NCBI GenBank assembly: GCA_963818115.1
Contig: CAWFQZ010000032.1
Coordinates: forward strand, 14,274 to 78,273
DNA: 64,000 nucleotides
DNA from: an uncultured Acidobacteriota bacterium
Lineage (GTDB): Bacteria > Acidobacteriota > Terriglobia > Terriglobales > Acidobacteriaceae
Direction of reading: 5' to 3'
Below are positions 46,302 to 53,625 of this stretch, piece by piece; within the stretch, counting starts at the first letter, position 1; each line of letters begins with the position of its first letter. A program made the position numbers and the translations under genes. Under the pieces are notes generated by a model that saw only the letters and a list, made by a program, of their open reading frames with translations, was not told where the DNA came from and did no database searches.

Positions 46302-48851
46302 CTACTGCAGCTTGCAGAGACCGATCAGGTCGTTGGCGATTTGCTGGGCACCGGGCAGCGTATTCGCAAGCGAATGCAGGCCTCCCGCCACGCAGGCTTG
46401 CGCCTTGGTGCTGGTGATGTTGTCGAACCAGTCTTGGCCGATCGGGATGGCGGAGCTGCTGTCGGCGCCACCGAACACGAGGTTCACATAGGTCTTGGGG
46501 AAGGTATAGGTTGCGCCTGGTGCTTCGACGCTGTCGCCCAGGAAGAAGTTGAGGCCTCCGGGAGGCAGAGTGCCATTTACAGCCGCTGAGCACACTCCAG
46601 CTCCTGAGGCAGAATTCGGATTGTAAGCAGGATCCCAGACGGGCGCATCTGCTGTCCCGAAGCATGTGCCGAGAGTAGTGCTCGACCCGCATTGGACGGC
46701 CATCTTGCCCGCAGTGCAACCGCAGCCCCAATCGAGGCGGCCCGTGGGCGGTCCACTGGTGACTTCGGCCATGGAGAGAACGTCGAAAGTCGGATATTGC
46801 GACAGGGCGTAGGCGAGAGCTCCAGCGCCACCGCTGTTGGCAGTCGCACACATGGGAATGTTGTTGTTGTTTTGAATGTTGCTGTAAATCCAGTTCGTCA
46901 CCGTGGCGTAGCGGCAGGCGGATGCGAGAACGCCACCCGGTCCTTCTGCCCAGCCATTCGGCTGATTGCTAGTAAACGGAGTTCCCCATGAAATTTGGAC
47001 GGTCCGGAACCCGGCGTTCAGTACGTTTTGGACCGCAGTGCTTCCAAAGGTGAAGATGCTTTCGTAGAGACCATTGCCATCGGTGCCAGTGTTGTAGGTC
47101 GCCGTTCCCAGAATCGTTCCGGATGGAGTATTCGTCTTTACGAATGCCTGGACATTGGGCACTCCGGGACAAGAAACCGTCATTTGCTGGCACGCGCCAT
47201 TCGCAATCGAGCCGGAACACGCGATGCTCGACACGCCGCTGACGCTACCGAGTGCCCTAGTTGCTCCAGTGGCGCAGACGACAGAAATCGTTGTGCTCGA
47301 ATTGATGGTCGCGGTCGAGTACGTTGGAGTGCAGGCTTGGGCTGACGGCTGACCGGTCACATAGACGGTGTAGGTAGAGCCCGCCGTATACGTATTCGCA
47401 AAGGTCTGAGTACCGCTGCTGGTGAAGGTCAGCGTGTTCGATTGATCGTCCTCAAGAGTGACCGTGCCGGAAAGTCCCGAGACAGAAACGCTGAGCTTGG
47501 GACCGCCTCCCGAAGTTGCACACGTGGCAGTCACCGTGACGTTCGATGTGATGGTTCCACTGGCATTGCTGCTCAGCGTGCAGGTCTGTCCAGCCGGCTG
47601 CGTCTCTACCGACACAGAGTAGGTCGATCCACTGGCGTAGGTGGTGGCGAAGTTCTGAGTCGTGTTCGAAGTAAAGGTCAGAGTATCGGACTTGCTGTCC
47701 TGCACAACAAGCGATCCGGAAGTGAGACCCGTGACAGCCACGCTGATGGTGTAATTCACAACGTTGGTGGTGCAGGTGGCCGTCACTGTGATGTTTGAAG
47801 TGATGGTCCCGGTGGAGTTGCTGCTCAGAGTGCAAGTCTGTCCTGTCGGCTGAGTGAGCACCGTGACCGAATACGTGGAGCCGCTCGCATAAGACGTAGC
47901 GAAGGTTTGGGTGCTGTTCGTCGTAAACGTCAGCTTGTCGGACTTGCTGTCTTGCACCACGAGCGTGCCGGTCAGTCCGGTGGTTGTCACGCTAATGGTG
48001 TCGTTCACTGTGTTGGTGGTGCAGGTGGCAGTGACTGTGATATTTGAAGTGATGGTTCCGGTAGCGTTGCTGCTCAGTGTGCAGGTCTGCCCGGTGGGCT
48101 GAGTGACAACCGTCACCGAATAGATGGCACTGTTCGCATAAGACTTGGCGAAAGTCTGCGTACTGTTCGTTGTGAAAGTCAGGGAGTCGCCCTGGTTGTC
48201 TTGCACGACAAGCGTCCCTATGAGGCCGCTGGGTAGCACGCTGATCGTGTCGCCGGTGGAGACGGCACCACAAGTTACCGCAACCGTGATGTTCGCCGTG
48301 ATGGTTCCGCTGGTGTTGGTGGCAGAACAGGTTTGCCCTGCCGGTTGCGAAACAAGGGTCACACCATATGACGCCCCGCTGGCGTACTTTGTGGCAAATG
48401 TCTGAGTCGTGTTGCTGGAGAACGTCAGCGTATCGCCGTTATTGTCCTGCAATTCGAAAGATCCCGAGGTGAGTCCCGTGACAGAGACGCTGATGGTATA
48501 GGTGGGGCTGGTCGTGGAGGAGCAGGAGACGGAGACGGTGACGTTGGAGGTCGCGGTTCCGCTGCTGTTGCTTGGGGTGCAGGTTTGTCCCGCGGGCTGG
48601 GTGAGGACGGAAACGCTGTAAGGGCTGCCGCTAGTTACAGGTGAACTGAAGGAGAAGGTTCCATCCGCATTGACTGTCAGATTGTTTCCACCATTATCCT
48701 GCAAAACGACCGCAGCGCCGGAATTAAGACCGGTGACATTCGCGCTGATCGTATAGGTAGTGGTCTTGCCGGTGCTGACCCCGGTTCCACCTCCACAAGC
48801 AGCGAAAGACAATAGTGCCCCAATGGTCAGTACGAGCAGGAATGACTTCAT
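46302..48851 (-). CDS. Large lipoprotein: six tandem ~83-aa Ig-like repeats plus a Cys-rich C-terminal alpha/beta-hydrolase-like domain
   Basis: It has a lipobox (LLSFAAC). Each repeat ends ..TQP(A/T)GQTC(T)..N..GTITSN(I/V)TVTATC. The C-terminal domain has a candidate Ser-Asp-His order (ATANSGGAG, GGADSS, GGLHSL). Confidence 0.8.
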   Translation of the reverse strand: MKSFLLVLTIGALLSFAACGGGTGVSTGKTTTYTISANVTGLNSGAAVVLQDNGGNNLTVNADGTFSFSSPVTSGSPYSVSVLTQPAGQTCTPSNSSGTATSNVTVSVSCSSTTSPTYTISVSVTGLTSGSFELQDNNGDTLTFSSNTTQTFATKYASGASYGVTLVSQPAGQTCSATNTSGTITANITVAVTCGAVSTGDTISVLPSGLIGTLVVQDNQGDSLTFTTNSTQTFAKSYANSAIYSVTVVTQPTGQTCTLSSNATGTITSNITVTATCTTNTVNDTISVTTTGLTGTLVVQDSKSDKLTFTTNSTQTFATSYASGSTYSVTVLTQPTGQTCTLSSNSTGTITSNITVTATCTTNVVNYTISVAVTGLTSGSLVVQDSKSDTLTFTSNTTQNFATTYASGSTYSVSVETQPAGQTCTLSSNASGTITSNVTVTATCATSGGGPKLSVSVSGLSGTVTLEDDQSNTLTFTSSGTQTFANTYTAGSTYTVYVTGQPSAQACTPTYSTATINSSTTISVVCATGATRALGSVSGVSSIACSGSIANGACQQMTVSCPGVPNVQAFVKTNTPSGTILGTATYNTGTDGNGLYESIFTFGSTAVQNVLNAGFRTVQISWGTPFTSNQPNGWAEGPGGVLASACRYATVTNWIYSNIQNNNNIPMCATANSGGAGALAYALSQYPTFDVLSMAEVTSGPPTGRLDWGCGCTAGKMAVQCGSSTTLGTCFGTADAPVWDPAYNPNSASGAGVCSAAVNGTLPPGGLNFFLGDSVEAPGATYTFPKTYVNLVFGGADSSSAIPIGQDWFDNITSTKAQACVAGGLHSLANTLPGAQQIANDLIGLCKLQ
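47271..48761 (-). repeat. Six in-frame tandem coding repeats (~249-252 nt each) within the lipoprotein gene
   Basis: Protein residues about 31-527. Repeats 3-5 are nearly identical at the protein level (GTLVVQD.K.D.LTFT.N.TQ.FA..YA....YSV.V.TQP.GQTCTLSSN..GTITSN.TVTATC). Confidence 0.85.
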
Positions 48852-49381
48852 GACAATCTCCGTGGCCTAGGTCCGTTGTCCAGGGGGGAACCCGCGTCGG
48901 TTAACTCGGGAGGTAAGACAAAACGGGGACTCTCCTTCTCTCTTACAGAAGTGGCGCTCCAATATATACCGAAGCTCGGCTGGTCCGACAGTATGAAGAA
49001 ATTTTCACGGTGGGCGGGGAAGGCATCCGATTGATAGCACAAGGCTTGGGTGAGGCTCATGCTGGGGGGACAGCGGAGCGGCGGAACTTACGTTGCGATG
49101 ATGGGTGATGCCGAAGATCGCGGCCACTGCAACTGACAATTTGCTGAAACAAACTGACTTCTGCCGAGAGAGCTTTACGGCGGCCGAAGCCGAATTTGAT
49201 TCCGCTGCCTTTGCGGAATCGCTAAAGCATTGCTCCGAAGCAAATCCAGAGTCTTCAGCATTCTGGAAAGCCAGCGTGCCGTCGAACAACCGTAGATCTC
49301 GGACGGTTTTGCTGACGATCTCTATACGGTTTAGTATGATCCCATCGGTTTACAAGAACCGACTCCGTAGGACCACACGCC

Positions 49382-49876
49382 ATGCATGACGTCCGAAGAC
49401 CCTTTCTATTCCTCGCCGTGCTTTCGGCTTTTTCGATGCCGGCGGTTCAAGCCTGGGCCCAGCAACTCACGATTCAAAATGAGGACGGAAAGCAGACTGT
49501 GCTCTCGCGGGGCGATCTGGAGGCTTTACCGCACGTAAAAGTACAGGCAACGGCGCACGATGTTTCGGCGACATTCGAGGGAGTTGCGCTGAAAGCCGTG
49601 CTGGAGAAAGCGGGGGTTGGGTTTGGCGAAGCGCTGCGGGGAAAACGGCTGGCATCGTGCCTGCTGGTCGAAGCTGCCGATGGATACAAAGTAGTGATTG
49701 CGCTGCCGGAAATGGATCCGGAGTTCACGAACAAGCAGATCGTTCTTGCATTCCTGAAAGATGGGAAGCCAATGGATTCGAAAGAAGGTCCGTATCGGAT
49801 TGTCATCCCGGACGAGAAAAGGCCGGCGCGCTGGATACGGCAAGTTACGACCCTGAGAATTTTGGATGTGCCGTGA
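49382..49876 (+). CDS. Small secreted molybdopterin-oxidoreductase-like (Oxidored_molyb domain) protein
   Basis: It has a signal peptide. ..LPHVKVQATAHDVSATFEGVALKAVLEKAGV...LVEAADGYKVVIALPEMDP...DGKPM...GPYRIVIPDEKRPARWIRQV.. fits the domain. Confidence 0.6.
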   Translation: MHDVRRPFLFLAVLSAFSMPAVQAWAQQLTIQNEDGKQTVLSRGDLEALPHVKVQATAHDVSATFEGVALKAVLEKAGVGFGEALRGKRLASCLLVEAADGYKVVIALPEMDPEFTNKQIVLAFLKDGKPMDSKEGPYRIVIPDEKRPARWIRQVTTLRILDVP

Positions 49877-49926
49877 TTGCATTTGATCCGTGGGAAGGAT
49901 TGAGGGAGAGGAACTTGAAAATCCTA

Positions 49927-50694
49927 ATGCGAGTTTGCATCGCGATTCTGGGAATGGCTTTCGCTTGCGGCTTATGCTCCGCGCAAGGGATCACGGTGGC
50001 AGCGGCGGCGGATTTGCAGTTCGCCATGCAGGACGTGGCCGCGCAATTTCACCAGCAGACCGGCAAGAGCGTGAAGGTGACGTACGGGTCGTCGGGAAAT
50101 TTCTTTCAGCAGATTCAGAACGGGGCTCCGTTCGACATGTTCTTTTCGGCGAACCTGGATTATCCGAAGAAGTTGGAGACCGCGGGACTGGTGGAGAGCG
50201 GAAGCTACTACCCGTATGCCAAGGGCAAGATTGTGGTGTGGGTGCTCAACGAGTCGAAGATCAAGATTGATGCCGGGCTGAAGGTATTTCTCGATCCGGA
50301 CGTGAAGAAGATTGCGATTGCCAACCCGCAGCATGCTCCATATGGGCAAGCGGCGGTCGCGGCGCTGCAAAAAGAAGGCATTTACGACAAGGTGAAAGAC
50401 AAGTTTGTGCTCGGGGAAAACATTTCGCAGACGGCTTCGTTCGTGGTGTCGGGAGCGGCCGACGCGGGTGTTGTTGCGCTTTCTCTGGCGATGTCACCGA
50501 ATATGAAAAGCAAGGGACGCTATGTTGAGATTCCCGCGAATGAATATCCGGCAATCGAGCAGGCGTGCGTGATTCTGAATTCTTCGAGGAATAAAGAAAC
50601 CGCGCGACAGTTTCTGGCGTTCGTCCAAAGCGAAAAAGTTGGAGCGATTTTGTTAGGTTATGGCTTCGACGTGCATGACCGCCCTGCCAAATAA
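49927..50694 (+). CDS. modA: Molybdate ABC transporter substrate-binding protein
   Basis: It starts at MRVCIAILGMAFACGLCSA. ..ITVAAAADLQFAM....TGKSVKVTYGSSGNFFQQIQNGAPFDMFFSAN.. and ..IAIANPQHAPYGQAA.. fit ModA. No modBC genes are adjacent. Confidence 0.88.
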   Translation: MRVCIAILGMAFACGLCSAQGITVAAAADLQFAMQDVAAQFHQQTGKSVKVTYGSSGNFFQQIQNGAPFDMFFSANLDYPKKLETAGLVESGSYYPYAKGKIVVWVLNESKIKIDAGLKVFLDPDVKKIAIANPQHAPYGQAAVAALQKEGIYDKVKDKFVLGENISQTASFVVSGAADAGVVALSLAMSPNMKSKGRYVEIPANEYPAIEQACVILNSSRNKETARQFLAFVQSEKVGAILLGYGFDVHDRPAK

Positions 50695-50704
50695 TCTGCG
50701 GCGA

Positions 50705-51346
50705 TTATTCCTCTTCGGCTTTCTTCCTTTTATAAAACCGGCGCACCTTGGCGCGATTGCCGCATTTCGTCATGTCGCACCAACGGCGACGATGATTCTT
50801 ACTTTCATCCAGAAATAACCATTCACAAGTTTTCGAGGCGCAGGCTCGGACGAACTGCAATTGATCGGAGGCGAGCAGGTCGGCAGCGGAGCTGGCGATC
50901 GGCCATAGCGGCGCGTCGAAGTTCTTCGAGGACGAATCGAATTGCCATTCGAAATGGTGGCCGTGTGGAGTGAGCGTCGCGTGTTGTGCGGCGGACTGGA
51001 TGTATCGGTTTAGAGTCGAGAGTGCCGACGGGGGCACGGTCTTCTTGCGGACCAGCGCCCAGAAGACGGCGTACATGGCTTCGCGCATCTCGATGGCTGC
51101 AGTTAAGGCTTGTTGCGCGGATTGTGGAGAGGCTGAACTTTCTGCCGCGAGGCGATCGGCCTGGTGGTGCGAGAGGACCCCGCCTTCTTCGGCAAAGAGT
51201 ACGAGATCGGTGTAGCTGGTGAGAAGTTCTTTGGGATCGCTGCTGTAACGGTCGTCGAGTGTGTTCAGGAAGTCGAGGCAGACGGATCCCGCGATCAGTT
51301 CGAACCGGGGCGTGCGAGACCTGGATGTTTTCGGAGTTTGCTGGAT
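50705..51346 (-). CDS. CGNR zinc-finger / ABATE-domain putative regulator; proposed non-canonical ATC start
   Basis: The C-terminus ..CEWLFLDESKNHRRRWCDMTKCGNRAKVRRFY.. is the CGNR finger. The ABATE N-terminus (RFELIAGSVCLDFLNTLDDRY) is in frame upstream of the first ATG (51088), and no ATG/GTG/TTG is available there. ATC at 51346 follows GAGGA by 7 nt. Confidence 0.85.
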   Translation of the reverse strand: MQQTPKTSRSRTPRFELIAGSVCLDFLNTLDDRYSSDPKELLTSYTDLVLFAEEGGVLSHHQADRLAAESSASPQSAQQALTAAIEMREAMYAVFWALVRKKTVPPSALSTLNRYIQSAAQHATLTPHGHHFEWQFDSSSKNFDAPLWPIASSAADLLASDQLQFVRACASKTCEWLFLDESKNHRRRWCDMTKCGNRAKVRRFYKRKKAEEE

Positions 51347-51475
51347 GTTTCACTCCTCTGTATTTGTCAGCCTATTCGCTCTATTCATTATCTAACCATT
51401 AAAAGCATATTGACAAGTTAGACGCCGCGCGCTTAGCATTAGCTAACCGTTGATAGGATGTTTAGAGGTTAGTAT

Positions 51476-52534
51476 ATGTACCGAAAAAGTTCGACGCAAA
51501 TCATGGCGATGATTCGCAGCGGCAAGGTGATAGACATAGGAGGCAGACCTGTGATCGTGCCCAATCCAAATTCGGAGCGCGGCGAGAAGCGCCGAGCTGA
51601 GTCGATCAAACTCGCGCTTGCGTTTGCGGCCATCTACATCGTCTGGGGATCTACGTATCTTGCGATTCGCTATGCGGTGGAGACGATTCCTCCGCTGGTC
51701 ACCGCGGGCATTCGGCACAGCGTGGCGGGGAGCGTTCTGTTGGCATGGGCGTGTGCGCGAGGATTCCGGCCGAAGCGCGAGCACTGGATTGCGGGAACTA
51801 TTCTCGGTGCGCTCTTCTTTCTCATCGGGCATGGCTCGCTGCACTGGGCGGAGCAGCACGTTTCGTCTGGACTGGCGGCGCTCCTGATTGCGACGGAACC
51901 GATGTTCATCCTGGTGCTGGCGTGGATGGGTGGACAACAAAAGATCAGCCGGTTGAGCACGGCGGGACTGGGGATTGGGGTGATCGGAGTTGCGCTGCTG
52001 ACGGGCGCAGAATTGTCGGCCAAGGGATCGAGCCTGATCGGGATGATCGCGGTGCTGGTTGGATCTCTGTCGTGGGCGGCGGGCGTAGTCATCTCGCCGA
52101 AGCTGAAGCTCCCGAAAGACGCATTGGGACGGACTGCGCTGCCGACGATTTGCGGAGCAGTCATGCTGCTCGCTGCCGCAGGAGCGAGTGGCGAATTTCA
52201 TTCGCTGCAATGGTCGGCAGTTTCTTTGAAGTCGATGCTTGGGCTGGCGTATCTGATCGTGTTCGGATCGATCGTGGCGTTTACGGCCTACACGTGGCTG
52301 CTGCAAAGGTGTCCACCGGCGCTGGTAGCGACGCACACGTATGCGAATCCGGTGGTCGCAGTATTTCTGGGATGGCTGCTGGCTTCAGAAGCGTTGACCC
52401 TACGCGTAGTGCTGGCCTCGGTGGCGATTCTGGGAGCAATTTTGTTGATCCGCAGAGGCGAGCGAGCGACGGAGCAAAGAAAAAATGCTGCGCCCGCCTC
52501 GGCGGATGGGGAGTCGGTGGAGCAGTGCGCTTAG
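51476..52534 (+). CDS. EamA/DMT-superfamily transporter
   Basis: It has ten hydrophobic helices in two EamA-like halves (..LAFAAIYIVWGSTYLAIRY.., ..LAYLIVFGSIVAFTAYTWLL..). Confidence 0.85.
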   Translation: MYRKSSTQIMAMIRSGKVIDIGGRPVIVPNPNSERGEKRRAESIKLALAFAAIYIVWGSTYLAIRYAVETIPPLVTAGIRHSVAGSVLLAWACARGFRPKREHWIAGTILGALFFLIGHGSLHWAEQHVSSGLAALLIATEPMFILVLAWMGGQQKISRLSTAGLGIGVIGVALLTGAELSAKGSSLIGMIAVLVGSLSWAAGVVISPKLKLPKDALGRTALPTICGAVMLLAAAGASGEFHSLQWSAVSLKSMLGLAYLIVFGSIVAFTAYTWLLQRCPPALVATHTYANPVVAVFLGWLLASEALTLRVVLASVAILGAILLIRRGERATEQRKNAAPASADGESVEQCA

Positions 52535-53253
52535 TGGTCGCGATCGTGATCGTGGTCGTGATCCCGGGCGCGAAGTTCGGAGCAGACGATCCAGAGGTGG
52601 TCCATGTATTCGCCGCTCGTGGAACGGAAGCCAGTAACCACGGAACCGCGCGGGCATTCGGCCTGCGCGGGATGTCCTCCAGCATTGGGCCGCATGACAG
52701 GCTGCGTCCATTCGGTGCGGGCATTGTCGACTCGCGCGGCGATTTCATGAAGTGGACTGCATTCGCCGACGGCTTCGTCGATGGAACCGCCGGTACGCCC
52801 ACGCAAACCGCGTAGGGCGAAGTGCTCGGGACAGTAAGCGTCGTGAACGGGACGTCCGCCAGGACTGCCAGTGCGGCCGGTCATCTGACGGTCGCCGCTG
52901 AGGTGGCCATCGCGATCGATGCGAGCGCAATCAAGCCAGGCCGTGTTGAAGAACTCCCCCGTCTGTACGTGGAAGCCGACTGCGACCGAGCCTTCTTCAC
53001 AAAGTGCATCGGACGAGGGCCTGCCGCCGTGACCTCCGCCGAAGTCGATCGCCATGCGCTCGTGAGCAACGAAAATGAATCGATCGAAGTCGCGGTCGCG
53101 ATCATGATCGCGATCTTGTTGAGAGGCCCGGGGCGCGGCAAGCGCACCAAGAGCTATCACGAAGAGAATGGCGAAGACGGGCACGATGCGCGCTGTGCCG
53201 CGTTGCTGCGAAGTACGGTTCTGAACTTGATGGTTGCGATAGGAAATTTTCAT
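52531..53253 (-). CDS. Secreted hypothetical protein with three Cys-framed modules and Asp/His/Arg-rich ends
   Basis: It has a TM/signal segment (IVPVFAILFVIALGALAAP). There are three 25-residue C..C modules with identical spacing (CEEGSVAVGFHVQTGEFFNTAWLDC, CPEHFALRGLRGRTGGSIDEAVGEC, CPRGSVVTGFRSTSGEYMDHLWIVC). The ends carry DRDHDRDRD and RDHDHDHDRDH tracts. Confidence 0.6.
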   Translation of the reverse strand: MKISYRNHQVQNRTSQQRGTARIVPVFAILFVIALGALAAPRASQQDRDHDRDRDFDRFIFVAHERMAIDFGGGHGGRPSSDALCEEGSVAVGFHVQTGEFFNTAWLDCARIDRDGHLSGDRQMTGRTGSPGGRPVHDAYCPEHFALRGLRGRTGGSIDEAVGECSPLHEIAARVDNARTEWTQPVMRPNAGGHPAQAECPRGSVVTGFRSTSGEYMDHLWIVCSELRARDHDHDHDRDH

Positions 53254-53420
53254 TGCACGCCCTTTGAATGGATCGACGATTCCACACCCGATCGTGAAAT
53301 CGGCAATCTGGATTTGATCGGATGGTAGAAGCGAGATCGAAGCGTGTCAATGCAGGATGAGATTCGTTTCGCGAGGAAACGAGGCGGGAGGCGATAAAGC
53401 GCTGCTCCATTCGGCTGTAA

Positions 53421-53454
53421 CTTACGCGGCCCTTAAAGGGCCGCCCTTCCGAGG
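53421..53454 (-). repeat. REP-like element, family A (third copy, inverted)
   Basis: The reverse complement CCTCGGAAGGGCGGCCCTTTAAGGGCCGCGTAAG matches 29371-29403 (CCGTGGAAGAGCGGCCCTTCAGGGCCGCGTAAG). Confidence 0.75.
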
Positions 53455-53625
53455 TTGTGCACGCATTCGATTTCTCTCCAAGCGCACGACCTTGCTTCGT
53501 TACCTTTTCTCATTACCAGAGTGATCTAAAGCGACCATCGTTTTTTGAAGTCGGGCGTGCGTTTGTCGATGGATCAGTGTGGCCTCCCCTTGCCTCTTCG
53601 CGCCAACACTCCAATCGAGGTGCAT

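Noticed and set aside
46302-48851. The repeat-rich lipoprotein as a diversity-generating retroelement target or phase-variable locus.
   Set aside because: No reverse transcriptase gene, template repeat or homopolymeric/short-unit slippage tract lies nearby. The repeats are long in-frame domain duplications.
48852-49381. A molybdenum-cofactor (Moco) riboswitch upstream of the molybdopterin-domain gene and modA, and the 94-aa ORF 49005-49289 on the minus strand.
   Set aside because: I could not find the conserved Moco-motif core by eye, and the region has no convincing multi-stem architecture. The ORF has no recognisable features and no SD. This is left uncalled pending an Rfam scan.
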